A stretch of DNA of 64,000 bases from an uncultured Acidobacteriota bacterium (GTDB taxonomy: Bacteria; Acidobacteriota; Vicinamibacteria; Vicinamibacterales; CAVVIG01): NCBI GenBank assembly GCA_963773035.1, contig CAVYZX010000012.1:90013-154012 (forward strand), written 5' to 3'. Position 1 is the first letter of the stretch. Every line of letters starts with the position of its first letter. Positions 19,135 through 28,851 of this stretch are shown one piece after another. The position numbers and the translations under genes were made by a program. Under the pieces are notes generated by a model. It was not told where the DNA came from. It was given only the letters and a program-made list of their open reading frames with translations, and ran no database searches.

Positions 19135-20563
19135 TCAAGCCTGGCCAGGTTGTTGCGGTTCGATAGAGAAACAAGACCACGAGAATGGTCGCCGCCCCGG
19201 CGATGTAGAGGGCAGGTATCAACGGATAGCCGAACGTTCGATATGGGCGATCAGCCGTCGGGCGCGTCGTTCGGAGTCGAAAGACACCGGCGATCGTGAG
19301 GATGTAGAAGATCAAGGCGGCCGAGATCACATAGTCGAGCAGATTGCTGTACAGATTGCCGTAGGTCCGCGTCGCGGGATCGTAGGTTCGCGGCAGCACG
19401 AGAAACGCGGCCCATATCCCTTCCAGAGCAAGGCCCCATCCCGGGACTTTGGCTGCATTCAATCGAGCGACGGGCCGGAAGAAGAGTCCGTCGCGGGCCA
19501 TCGCGTAGTAGGCACGCGCGCCGGCCAGGATCAGGCCGTTGTTGCAGCCGAACGTCGAAATCATGATGGCGACCGCCATGATCGTCGTGCCGAAACCAGG
19601 GAAGACGACATTCAGCGTGGCCGTGGCCACACGGTCGCCCGGAGCATGCTGGATGGCCTCGAATGGCAGCGTCACGAGGTACGCGACGTTCGCTAGAACA
19701 TAGAGGGCGATGACAACGCCGGTTCCGAGCGCCAGAGACAGAGGGATGTGTCGTCGCGGCTCCTTGACCTCGCCGGCGGTGAATGTGATGTTGTTCCAGG
19801 CATCGGCGGAAAACAGCGAACCGGTCTGCGATACACAGATGGCTACGAAGAGGCCGAATGTGCTCAGGGCGGTGAGGCCGGGGACGATCTCGACGACTCC
19901 GCGGCGTGCCCACAGGTTCCCGAAGTTATCGGCAACCGCCGCGCCGTTCCAACCTATGAGCAGGCCAGCCAGGATCAGGCCTAAGAGAGCGGCCGTCTTG
20001 GCAGTCGTGAACACGTTTTGAACGATGCGCCCATAGTCCAGCCCTCGCGTGTTTGTCCAGGTCAGGAGGGCGATGAGTGCGATCCCGACGAGCTGCGTGG
20101 TCGAAAGAGACAGTGCGTAACCCTGGGACAAGTGAATTGGACTGATCAGATAGTGGTCGTCTGCGATCCACGGCACCAATGCGCCGAAGTACCTGGCAAA
20201 CCCGACGGCGACAGCCGCGATCGTCCCCGTTTGAATAACGAGGAACAACGTCCAGCCGTACAGAAACCCGCACAGAGGCGAGAAAGCCTCGCGTAGGTAG
20301 ACGTACTGGCCACCCGCCCGCGGCATCATTGCCGCCAGTTCTCCGTACGACAACGCGCCGACGATCGTCAGAGCGCCTGTCACTATCCATGCCATGAGCA
20401 GCCAGCCGGCGCTGCCCACAGTCCGCGCCATGTCGGCGGAGACAATGAAGATTCCGGATCCAATCATCGACCCGACTACGACCATGGTGGAATCGTAGAG
20501 GCCAAGGCCTCGTTTGAATTCGGTGTCGAGCAGGACGGTCGCGGACGCCGGATTGGCCATCAT
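19082..20563 (-). CDS. APC-family amino acid permease
   Basis: GSMIGSGIF, ELAAMMPRAGGQYVYL, RPYRTFGYP; about 12 TM segments; GGAG SD. Confidence 0.9.
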   Translation of the reverse strand: MMANPASATVLLDTEFKRGLGLYDSTMVVVGSMIGSGIFIVSADMARTVGSAGWLLMAWIVTGALTIVGALSYGELAAMMPRAGGQYVYLREAFSPLCGFLYGWTLFLVIQTGTIAAVAVGFARYFGALVPWIADDHYLISPIHLSQGYALSLSTTQLVGIALIALLTWTNTRGLDYGRIVQNVFTTAKTAALLGLILAGLLIGWNGAAVADNFGNLWARRGVVEIVPGLTALSTFGLFVAICVSQTGSLFSADAWNNITFTAGEVKEPRRHIPLSLALGTGVVIALYVLANVAYLVTLPFEAIQHAPGDRVATATLNVVFPGFGTTIMAVAIMISTFGCNNGLILAGARAYYAMARDGLFFRPVARLNAAKVPGWGLALEGIWAAFLVLPRTYDPATRTYGNLYSNLLDYVISAALIFYILTIAGVFRLRTTRPTADRPYRTFGYPLIPALYIAGAATILVVLFLYRTATTWPGLIIVLVGVPVYFLWKPKD

Positions 20564-20627
20564 CGTCTCCTCGAATTAAGATGCAGGCTGGCCACGAGGT
20601 TATACCAGATGGCTGCCGGAGAGTTCG

Positions 20628-21203
20628 ATGTCCCTTGTCCCTACTCGCGACGATGCGTGGCGGCTGCTGACCGAATACACGAAGAGCGAGAGCCTCCTGA
20701 AGCATGCGATGGCCGTCGAAGCTGCCGTGCGCGGCTACGCTCGGAGGTTCGGCGAGGACGAAGAGAGCTGGGGACTGGTCGCGCTTCTACATGATTTCGA
20801 CTACGAGCGGTGGCCAAGCCTCGAAGAGCATCCCTTCCGGGGGAGTGAGATTCTTCGGGAACGGGGCTATCCCGAGTGGGTCATCCGCGCCATTCTCTCG
20901 CACGCCGACTACTCGGGCGTCGCCCGCGAGAGCCTCCTCGAAAAGGCGCTTTTCGCCTGCGACGAGATGGCTGGCTTTGTCACCGCTGCATCGCTCGTTC
21001 GGCCCAGCAAGAGCGTGCTCGATCTCGAGCCGAAATCGGTGATGAAACGAATGAAGGACAAAGCGTTCGCCCGCGGCGTGAAGCGGGAGGACTTGGTCGC
21101 CGGCGCCGAGCTGCTGGGGCTGCCACTCGAAGAACACATCGGCAACGTCATCGCGTTCATGCGTGGAGAGGCTGAGGCGCTGGGATTGAAAGGTACTCTG
21201 TGA
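20628..21203 (+). CDS. HD-domain (HDIG-like) metal-dependent phosphohydrolase
   Basis: LLKHAMAVE, LLHDFDYE, AILSHA, KDKAFARGV. Confidence 0.85.
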   Translation: MSLVPTRDDAWRLLTEYTKSESLLKHAMAVEAAVRGYARRFGEDEESWGLVALLHDFDYERWPSLEEHPFRGSEILRERGYPEWVIRAILSHADYSGVARESLLEKALFACDEMAGFVTAASLVRPSKSVLDLEPKSVMKRMKDKAFARGVKREDLVAGAELLGLPLEEHIGNVIAFMRGEAEALGLKGTL

Positions 21204-21293
21204 CCGAAGGCCTCGCTTCACTCGATTGAGACTCTCTGCGCCAAGCTCCTGCCCTGAGAACGGGCCGTGGCACGCAGCCGTATAAGCATCTGA

Positions 21294-22229
21294 ATGTCTG
21301 GTCCTGAACCCGTTGTCGCGCTCGAGGCAGTGAGCGTCGCGTACGGAAAAGCCATCGCTCTCAACAACGTGACTGCGTCGTTTGGTCGGGGGGCCGTCGG
21401 CCTCCTCGGGCCGAACGGTGCTGGCAAGAGCACGATGCTCAAAGCGTTGCTCGGGTTCCTCACGCCTTCGAGCGGGCGCATGCGCGTGCTCGGCCTCGAT
21501 GTCACGACGTCCTCTCTCGCAATCCGCGGCCGGATCGGCTACATGCCGGAATCCGACGGCCACATTCCGGGAATGAATGCCGTATCGTTCGTCGCTTACT
21601 GCGGCGAGTTGGCGGGGCTGCCTCGTGTGGATGCGATGCAACGGGCTCACGAGGTGTTGTTTTACGTCGGATTAGGCGAGGCTCGCTACCGCAACGTCGA
21701 AACCTACTCCACGGGCATGAAACAGCGAATCAAGCTCGCGCAGGCGCTGGTCCACGATCCCGATTTGCTCTTCCTGGATGAACCGACCAATGGACTGGAC
21801 CCGAAAGGGCGCGACGAGATGTTGGAGCTCGTCGGCGATCTGGCCCACAACAAGGGGGTAAACCTGATTCTCTCGTCCCATCTCTTACCCGACGTGGAGC
21901 ACGTGTGCGATTCAGTCGTCGTGATGGACCGCGGCCGGATCGCGGTCCAGGGCCCGACCGAGGCACTCAAACAGCCCCAGGGCCGACTATTCGAGCTGCG
22001 CGTGAAGGCGCCCGCGGCCGACATCGAGCCATTTCTCAAGCGGCTGCGCTCGGCCGGTCTGAGTTGCCATCTGACCGACGAAGACGTGATGCGGGTGTTC
22101 GTGCCGGGAGATGACGGCGCACGAGAGTTGTTCGCATTTGCCGCCGCCGAGCGGGTTCAGGTGCGCCATTTGCGGCAGAGCGTACCGACGCTCGAGGATG
22201 TATTTGCCCGCGCGATTGGCGAGGAGTGA
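21294..22229 (+). CDS. ABC transporter ATP-binding protein
   Basis: GPNGAGKST, YSTGMKQR, LFLDEPT, SSH. Confidence 0.93.
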   Translation: MSGPEPVVALEAVSVAYGKAIALNNVTASFGRGAVGLLGPNGAGKSTMLKALLGFLTPSSGRMRVLGLDVTTSSLAIRGRIGYMPESDGHIPGMNAVSFVAYCGELAGLPRVDAMQRAHEVLFYVGLGEARYRNVETYSTGMKQRIKLAQALVHDPDLLFLDEPTNGLDPKGRDEMLELVGDLAHNKGVNLILSSHLLPDVEHVCDSVVVMDRGRIAVQGPTEALKQPQGRLFELRVKAPAADIEPFLKRLRSAGLSCHLTDEDVMRVFVPGDDGARELFAFAAAERVQVRHLRQSVPTLEDVFARAIGEE

Positions 22230-22240
22230 CTTCGGACTGT

Positions 22241-23080
22241 ATGCCTATCCATGATCAAGGTTATCGACGGTACGGCGGAAGCCGAAGACCGAAAGGTCGT
22301 GCCTGGGCCGTCATTGCCGAGAGCGGTATTCGATCCCGACTCGGACGCCGCGCGTTTCTCGGCCTGCTCCTGATCTCGTGGTTTCCATTCTTCGCGCGGA
22401 CCATTCAGATGTACGCCGCTGCGAACCTCCCGCAGGCGGCGTTCCTGGCGCCGACACCGCAGATGTTTCGCCAATTTCTCGATCAGCAGGGGACTTTCGT
22501 CTTCTTCATCACTGTCTACGCCGGAGCCGGATTGATCGCGAACGACCGGCGCGCAAACGCGCTGCAGATCTACTTGTCGAAGCCGATCACACGCGCCGAG
22601 TATGTGTTCGGCAAGCTGGCAGTGCTGATGGCGTTCCTGTCTCTGGTGACCTGGGTGCCCGCGATCTTGCTCCTTCTCGTTCAAGTCGTCCTCGCTGGCA
22701 ATCTGACGTTCTTCAAGAGCCATTTGTCCCTGGTTCCAGCGATCACGCTGTTTTCGAGTGTCCAGGTCATTACGGCTGCGTCGGCCATGCTGGCGCTGTC
22801 GTCCCTGTCGAAGAGCAGCCGCTATGTCGGCATCCTTTACGCAGCTCTGATCTTTTTCAGCGAGGCGATATTCGGCGTGCTCAGAGTCGTGGCCGGCAAT
22901 ACGAGCTTCTCGTGGATTTCCGTACCTTTCGATGTGAGTCAGGTCGGCGACGCGATTTTTCGGCTTCCGTTGAGGTACGACACGCCCTGGCCTCTGTCGG
23001 CGGCGATGATTGTCGCTCTCGTTGTCGTCTCGGGGATCGTGTTGGAGCGTCGCGTTCGCGGCGTTGAGGTCGTGGCGTGA
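22241..23080 (+). CDS. ABC-2 type permease
   Basis: MPIHDQGYRRY start; about 6 TM segments; YLSKPITRAEYVFGK. Confidence 0.85.
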   Translation: MPIHDQGYRRYGGSRRPKGRAWAVIAESGIRSRLGRRAFLGLLLISWFPFFARTIQMYAAANLPQAAFLAPTPQMFRQFLDQQGTFVFFITVYAGAGLIANDRRANALQIYLSKPITRAEYVFGKLAVLMAFLSLVTWVPAILLLLVQVVLAGNLTFFKSHLSLVPAITLFSSVQVITAASAMLALSSLSKSSRYVGILYAALIFFSEAIFGVLRVVAGNTSFSWISVPFDVSQVGDAIFRLPLRYDTPWPLSAAMIVALVVVSGIVLERRVRGVEVVA

Positions 23081-24009
23081 ACGAATTACGTGCGGTTGTT
23101 ACCACCGACCATCTTTCCAAGTGGTACGGTCAGGTCATCGGCCTGAACGACGTGACATTGACTGTTCCGTCCGGCGTCACCGGCCTGCTTGGACCGAACG
23201 GGGCGGGTAAGTCGACATTCCTGAAACTCGTCACCGGCCAGCTCAAACCAAGCAAGGGGCAGGTGTTGGTACTCGGGGAGCCGATTTGGGGCAATCCCGG
23301 TCTCTACTTTCGGATTGGCTTTTGCCCGGAACAGGACGCCTTCTACGACCGCATGACCGGCTTGGAGTGGGTCTCCGCTCTCCTCCGACTCAATGGCTTC
23401 GACGAAACAACGGCCTCTGAGCGCGCGAACCGAACACTCGAGATGGTCGACCTTGCCGACGCAGCAGGCAAGAAGATCGGTGCGTACAGCAAAGGCATGC
23501 GCCAGCGCGTCAAGCTCGCGCAGGCTCTGGCGCACGATCCCGATCTGCTGATTCTGGACGAACCACTCTCGGGAATGGATCCAATCGGCCGGCGCAAGAC
23601 CATTCGCCTGATCAAAGAATGGTCCAGGTCCGGCAAGAGCGTGATTGTTTCGAGCCATATCCTTCACGAAATCGAGGCGATGACCGCGAATATCCTGCTC
23701 ATCAATCAGGGGCGGATTCTCGCGGAGGGCAACGTCCACCAGATTCGAGATTTGATCGACGAACATCCGCACACGGTCTTCATCCGAGCTGCCGAACCTC
23801 GCGCGCTGGCGCGAGAATTTCTGGCCGCTGACGACGTCTTGAGCCTCAAGTTCGAAGACGACGCTCTCGTCGTCCAGACGGCGAAACCGGATGGATTCTA
23901 TGCTCGCTTGACGGAGCTGGCGGCCAGCGGAGCACTCGGGTCGATTCACGAGGTGACGTCGCCCGACGACAACCTCCAGGCGGTGTTCAAGTATCTGGTG
24001 AAGTCATGA
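23077..24009 (+). CDS. ABC transporter ATP-binding protein
   Basis: GPNGAGKST, YSKGMRQR, ILDEP, SSH. Confidence 0.93.
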   Translation: MNELRAVVTTDHLSKWYGQVIGLNDVTLTVPSGVTGLLGPNGAGKSTFLKLVTGQLKPSKGQVLVLGEPIWGNPGLYFRIGFCPEQDAFYDRMTGLEWVSALLRLNGFDETTASERANRTLEMVDLADAAGKKIGAYSKGMRQRVKLAQALAHDPDLLILDEPLSGMDPIGRRKTIRLIKEWSRSGKSVIVSSHILHEIEAMTANILLINQGRILAEGNVHQIRDLIDEHPHTVFIRAAEPRALAREFLAADDVLSLKFEDDALVVQTAKPDGFYARLTELAASGALGSIHEVTSPDDNLQAVFKYLVKS

Positions 24010-24881
24010 CGCAGTCCGCACAGGTGGTTCCGCCTCGGTCGGGAGCCGGTTCACACGCTCCGCCGTCGTTCTTTGCTTCCGTCGCCCGCGTGTTCGATCT
24101 GTCGTTTGGCCAGATGCTGTGGTCGCGGCGCTCGGTGTTCCTCGTCCTGCTCTTGGTCGGTCCAGTTCTGTTTGCCGCGCTGGTTCGAGTGGTCGCCACG
24201 ATGTCGGCGGTTGGGACTTTCCGTGTCAGCGGAGCTCGGATCGGCGGCGCGACCATCTTTGGCCTGATGATCTGGCTGCTCTATATCCGGTTCATCGTTC
24301 CAGTGCTCGGCGTCTTTTACGGAACATCGCTCATTGCGGACGAAGTCGACGACCGCACCATCACCTATCTGTTCACACGGCCTATTCGACGCGGCGCCGT
24401 TCTGGTGGGAAAGTTCCTCGCGTATATTGCCTGCACGACCATGCTCGTGGTGCCGTCCGTCGTGCTCGTCTATTTCCTCGTCGTTTCGCTGGGTGGCGGG
24501 AGTGTCGGTGCGTCCTTTCCGCTGCTCGCAAGAGACCTTGGCATGCTGATAGTCGGGCTGACGTGCTACGGTGCTGTGTTCGCCTGGGTGGGGGCCCGGC
24601 TCAAGCGGCCGCTGCTCAGCGGGCTCTTCTTTGCGTTCGGCTGGGAGCCGGCGGTTCTGTTGTTTCCGGGATACCTCAAGCGGCTGACAGTTGCATACTA
24701 TCTGCAGGCCCTCGTGCCGCACGCGATGCCTCAGGATTCTCCGGTCAGCATGCTCATGCAGGTCTTCCGCGACGTTCCGGCGATCGGAACGAGTCTCATG
24801 TGGCTGGCGCTCATTGTGGCGGCTGCGCTGTGGTTTGCCGCGCGAACGGTCGAAACACGTGAATATGTGCTTGAGCAGTAG
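24006..24881 (+). CDS. ABC-2 type permease
   Basis: About 6 TM segments; EVDDRTITYLFTRPIRRGAVLVGK. Confidence 0.85.
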   Translation: MTQSAQVVPPRSGAGSHAPPSFFASVARVFDLSFGQMLWSRRSVFLVLLLVGPVLFAALVRVVATMSAVGTFRVSGARIGGATIFGLMIWLLYIRFIVPVLGVFYGTSLIADEVDDRTITYLFTRPIRRGAVLVGKFLAYIACTTMLVVPSVVLVYFLVVSLGGGSVGASFPLLARDLGMLIVGLTCYGAVFAWVGARLKRPLLSGLFFAFGWEPAVLLFPGYLKRLTVAYYLQALVPHAMPQDSPVSMLMQVFRDVPAIGTSLMWLALIVAAALWFAARTVETREYVLEQ

Positions 24882-24940
24882 GTGGACGTCGAAGCGGAAC
24901 ACCTCGTAAGAGGCGTCCGTATTTAGCTTTGAGTGTTTTT

Positions 24941-25978
24941 ATGAAAAATAGGACCCGCTACTTCGTCATTCTTTCGCTCCTCATTACGGTCATAGGCCTC
25001 GGAACGGGGCTCGTCGCCTATTACGTGGGCTTCCCGGCCGGCGTCCTTGCCGTAACGGCTGGTCCTCAGGAACTGCGATACGTGCCTCGTGACGCCACGC
25101 TGGTTGCCTACGTCGATGTCCGCGAAGTCATGGCGTCCGAGTTGAGGAAGCGACTTCGAGAAACGCTGCCTGATCAAACCAACGAGCAGCAGGAATTCCA
25201 GAAACAGACTGGCATCAACATCGAGACCGACATCGACCACATCGTCGCTTACACCGAGCAGGGCGTGTCCACCGGCAGTCCGACACCGGGGATGGTTCTT
25301 GCGCGCGGAGCGTTCGCGGAGTCCAAGATTGAGGCTCTCATGCGAGAGCACGGCGCGCGCGTTGAGCCGTACAAGGACAAGCGCCTCGTTATCGTGTCGG
25401 GCAACAGTTTCTTGCCGAAGGATCCCGGCAACGATGCCAGCCCGCCTGTCATGGTGGCTCGGCCAGACCTCGCGCTCTCGTTTCTCCAGACGGGACTCGT
25501 GGCTTTTGGCAACGCCGAGCTCGTGCGTCGTGCCGTCGATTTCGGGAACGGCGGCGACAACCTGACGGCCAATGACGAAATGATGAATCTCATCAAGTCC
25601 CTCGAACCAGGCAACGCGTGGGCCGTTGGCCGGTTCGATGCGCTCCGCGCCGCCGCGAACCTGCCTGATGGCATGAAACAGTTGCCCGCGATTACCTGGT
25701 TCTCGATGACCGGCCGCATTACCGACGGCGTCAGCGGAGTCCTCCGTGCGGAAACTCGTGACGAGGAATCAGCGAACAACCTACGGGACTTGATGCGGGG
25801 CTTTATGGCCCTTGCCAAGATGCAGGCAGGCTCCCAGCCTGACCTTCAGCCTCTGGTTCAATCGCTGGAGCTTGGTGGCAGCGGAAAGACCGTCGCGCTG
25901 TCGTTCTCCGTGCCAGCGAAGGTATTCGAGCTTCTTCCAAGCGGCAAGAAGGCAACGGGGTCCCAGAAAGCTCACTGA
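24941..25978 (+). CDS. Membrane-anchored periplasmic hypothetical protein
   Basis: Basic N-terminus plus TM segment (MKNRTRYFVILSLLITVIGLGTGLVAYYVG); long ORF in the same direction as its neighbours. Confidence 0.75.
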   Translation: MKNRTRYFVILSLLITVIGLGTGLVAYYVGFPAGVLAVTAGPQELRYVPRDATLVAYVDVREVMASELRKRLRETLPDQTNEQQEFQKQTGINIETDIDHIVAYTEQGVSTGSPTPGMVLARGAFAESKIEALMREHGARVEPYKDKRLVIVSGNSFLPKDPGNDASPPVMVARPDLALSFLQTGLVAFGNAELVRRAVDFGNGGDNLTANDEMMNLIKSLEPGNAWAVGRFDALRAAANLPDGMKQLPAITWFSMTGRITDGVSGVLRAETRDEESANNLRDLMRGFMALAKMQAGSQPDLQPLVQSLELGGSGKTVALSFSVPAKVFELLPSGKKATGSQKAH

Positions 25979-26042
25979 TTAGATTCTCAGATCCGGTACG
26001 ATTCCCCTCCACACTGCTTGGGCGCTTTTTCTGTAGGCGCGG

Positions 26043-26453
26043 GTGTGCCTCTTGACGGATCTGGTGTTTTTCTACGGTACTTTGATGAGCGCGTTCAGGC
26101 GTTCCAATGCCGAGCCTGTTGCCGTGGCTCTGACGCCGCTCGGCCAGGGCTGGATTGCCGCGGCGCTGTTCGATCTGGGAACCTATCCTGGAGCGATTCC
26201 TTCATCCACCTCGCGTGTTCGTGGAGAACTGCACCGGATGCATGATTCCGCCACGGCTCTACGCACGCTCGACGAATTCGAAGGCTATCGTCCAGGCGTC
26301 GACGATGGGAGCCTGTTCGTTCGCAGGACGACCGCGGTCACGCGTGACGATGGCAGCGTCGAGCAGGCGTGGGTCTATTTTTTCAACGCTCCACTCGGGG
26401 CCGCACCACGAATAGACTCGGGAGACTACCTGAGGTACCTGAGGGTGAAGTGA
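26043..26453 (+). CDS. Gamma-glutamylcyclotransferase (AIG2-like) protein; start uncertain
   Basis: FFYGTLM, YPGAI, VRGEL, LDEFEG, AWVY. Confidence 0.85.
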   Translation: MCLLTDLVFFYGTLMSAFRRSNAEPVAVALTPLGQGWIAAALFDLGTYPGAIPSSTSRVRGELHRMHDSATALRTLDEFEGYRPGVDDGSLFVRRTTAVTRDDGSVEQAWVYFFNAPLGAAPRIDSGDYLRYLRVK

Positions 26454-27826
26454 TGTCGAGACTTGTATTTTGCGCGACGGTTGCGGTGCTGGTCACGTCG
26501 GAAATGCGCACGGTAATGGCGCAGCAATCAGAACTCGACCCCCAGATCGAGCGGATCGTGGCGAGCGTCTCGGAGGAGCGTCTGGTTGGAGTTCTCAAGA
26601 AGCTCGAGTCATTTGGCACGAGAAATACGTTGTCGTCGACCGGCTCGCCGACGCGTGGCATTGGTGCGGCCCGGCAATGGATTCTCGAGGAGATGCGAAG
26701 TTACAGCCCGAGGCTCCAGGTGTCCTTCGACGTCTACACGATTGCCAAACAAGGCCGGATCACTCGAAACGTGGAAGCCCGGAATGTCATGGCGGTGTTG
26801 CCCGGGAGAAGTGCTCGCCGCGTCTACATCAGCGGCCACTACGACACGATTGCCATCGAGGGGGGCCAGTCGACGACGAACGCAGGCAACCGTGGCCGCG
26901 ACGGCATCTCCATCGTCCAGCCGATCGACCCTGACGCCCCCAACGACTCTCCGGCTCCTGGCGCGAATGACGATGGGAGCGGCACGGCGTTGACAATGGA
27001 ACTTGCGCGCGTCTTCAGTCAAAGCGGCGTCGAATTCGATGCCACCCTCGTCTTCATGTGTCACGTCGCGGAAGAGCAGGGCCTCATGGGGGCGTATCTG
27101 CACGCTCAAAGGGCTGTGGCGGAACATGTCCGAATCGATGGCGTGCTCAACAACGATATTGTCGGCAACGACCGAGCTGGCAATGGCATCGTCGACGGTT
27201 CCAGCATTCGAGTCTATTCGGAGGGACCCGAGGACTCGCCGTCACGAGAGCTCGCTCGATTCGTGCAGCGGTGGGGCAGTCGATATGTGCCGTCACACCG
27301 TGTGCGGTTGATGGCGCGGCCGGATAGATTCAATCGGGGTGGCGACCACACGGCCTACAACCAGCTCGGCTTTGCTGCGGTCGGATTCCGCGAGTCGCGC
27401 GAGAATTTCGCCAAGCAGCACGATCCTCGTGATCAGTTCGACGGCATCTCCCCTACATACCTGGCGCAAAACGCGCGGGTCAATGCGGCGGCTGCCGCGA
27501 ACCTGGCACTCGCGCCGCCTGCACCCGTCGTCACCGGAGAGCGCGGCCCGATGATCACCCGTGAGCCGTCGGGTTACGACGCCAAGTTGAGATGGATCGC
27601 CTCGCCCGGCGCCGTGGCGTACCGGATCTTCTGGCGTGAAGCGTGGGGGCCGGACTGGCAGCACGACTGGCTCATCGGGAACGTCACCGACGTGGTGCTA
27701 AGAAACATGCAGATCGACGATCATGTCTTCGGGGTTGCCGCGGTTGATGGCACCGGGCACGAGAGCCTGGTGAGCCCGTACGTCAGTCCGCCCCGCGCTC
27801 CGATCGTCGTCACGACTGTCCCGTGA
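26453..27826 (+). CDS. Exported M28 family metallopeptidase
   Basis: SGHYD, GANDDGSG, AEEQGL, NNDIVG, GGDH; ATG overlaps the upstream TGA. Confidence 0.88.
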   Translation: MSRLVFCATVAVLVTSEMRTVMAQQSELDPQIERIVASVSEERLVGVLKKLESFGTRNTLSSTGSPTRGIGAARQWILEEMRSYSPRLQVSFDVYTIAKQGRITRNVEARNVMAVLPGRSARRVYISGHYDTIAIEGGQSTTNAGNRGRDGISIVQPIDPDAPNDSPAPGANDDGSGTALTMELARVFSQSGVEFDATLVFMCHVAEEQGLMGAYLHAQRAVAEHVRIDGVLNNDIVGNDRAGNGIVDGSSIRVYSEGPEDSPSRELARFVQRWGSRYVPSHRVRLMARPDRFNRGGDHTAYNQLGFAAVGFRESRENFAKQHDPRDQFDGISPTYLAQNARVNAAAAANLALAPPAPVVTGERGPMITREPSGYDAKLRWIASPGAVAYRIFWREAWGPDWQHDWLIGNVTDVVLRNMQIDDHVFGVAAVDGTGHESLVSPYVSPPRAPIVVTTVP

Positions 27827-27836
27827 GGCCGAAGCG

Positions 27837-28187
27837 CTAGGGCGTTCTTCCGGTTCTCAATCCGTCAACGAACTCGGTGATTGCGCTGCGGACACGGTCG
27901 GAAAGCTCGACAAACTCTACACCAGATCGGTAGAGCACGATCTCCTGGTCCACATCGCTGATCGCACAGCGCACGACGCGGCCTTTGACGACTACTGAGC
28001 GCTCGCCTAGAGAAAGGCGGAAGTCGTGGAGGGAGTTGGGCTGAAGGGCGAATCCGCTTTCGATATCTGCGCCACCGATGCTGATTTCCTTGATCGCCAC
28101 GGGCTGAAAGATCATCACTTCGCCGCGCAGCTCGCCAAGGATTTGAATCCGTTCGGCGTCGCGTTTCTCACCGTCCGGGTGGCTCAT
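27837..28187 (-). CDS. Stand-alone PilZ domain protein
   Basis: RxxxR (RDAER) and (D/E)xSxxG (EISIGG); C-terminal GVEF. Confidence 0.8.
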   Translation of the reverse strand: MSHPDGEKRDAERIQILGELRGEVMIFQPVAIKEISIGGADIESGFALQPNSLHDFRLSLGERSVVVKGRVVRCAISDVDQEIVLYRSGVEFVELSDRVRSAITEFVDGLRTGRTP

Positions 28188-28221
28188 CCGGCCGGGAATA
28201 TAGCATACGGGGGAGCCGGGC

Positions 28222-28632
28222 TCAGTTCATGAGCCCGGCGATCTTGACCGGCTGAATCTCTGCCTCGGATGGCTCGCGAAATTCTTCTTCGACGCGCGGG
28301 CCTTCGTATTCGGTAGCGTAGGTAAGGACGGGAATCGTTCGGGTCTCTCCGTCGAGTTTGAGCATCGAAAGTACTTGAAAGCCGTCCATGTCGTCGATGT
28401 GCATGCAGAGGATCACGAGGTCCGGTCGCACCCGCTTGACCTGCGAGTAGGCATGCTCGTTCGATTCGACGAACACGACGTTGTAGTGACCCGCTTCGAG
28501 TACGGAGTCGAGCAGTCCAAGAATCTCCGGACTGCCGTTCACGATGACTACTTTCTGGCTTCCAGAAGGTCGCGTGGCCGGGACGTTCGCCGCCTGAGCC
28601 GCATAGTCGTTTGCAGTCGCAGCGTTAAGCAT
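28222..28632 (-). CDS. Single-domain atypical receiver (pseudo-receiver) protein
   Basis: CheY-like pattern [29 protein letters not shown]; Cys occupies the phosphoacceptor Asp position and the acidic pocket reads VIVNGS. Confidence 0.75.
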   Translation of the reverse strand: MLNAATANDYAAQAANVPATRPSGSQKVVIVNGSPEILGLLDSVLEAGHYNVVFVESNEHAYSQVKRVRPDLVILCMHIDDMDGFQVLSMLKLDGETRTIPVLTYATEYEGPRVEEEFREPSEAEIQPVKIAGLMN

Positions 28633-28664
28633 CGGTGTCCGTCTCCTCGGACGCCAATGGACTA

Positions 28665-28680
28665 TTCAGAAATCGTGCCA
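28665..28680 (-). promoter_or_regulatory. Possible sigma54 -24/-12 promoter
   Basis: Minus strand TGGCACGATTTCTGAA; strong -24, but GA replaces GC at -12. Confidence 0.45.
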
Positions 28681-28851
28681 CGGACGTCTTCCGAGATTCC
28701 GTTCGTTTCTGCGCAGTTCCGCCAGAATTTTTGGAGGCGTGTGCCGAAATATGCGCAGGCGCCAAAACGACGCGTCACCGTAAACCATTCCGATGATGCG
28801 AGTTGCGGGACGTGTTGCGGCGAACGCCCTTGGTACGGCACTCTGAGCGCG

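Noticed and set aside
28375..28851. Long N-terminal extensions in the ORF track (ALDH, rodA, leuB-like, NtrC regulator, UDG, cdd, tsaD)
   Set aside because: They overlap neighbouring genes or promoters; family homology begins at the later starts used here
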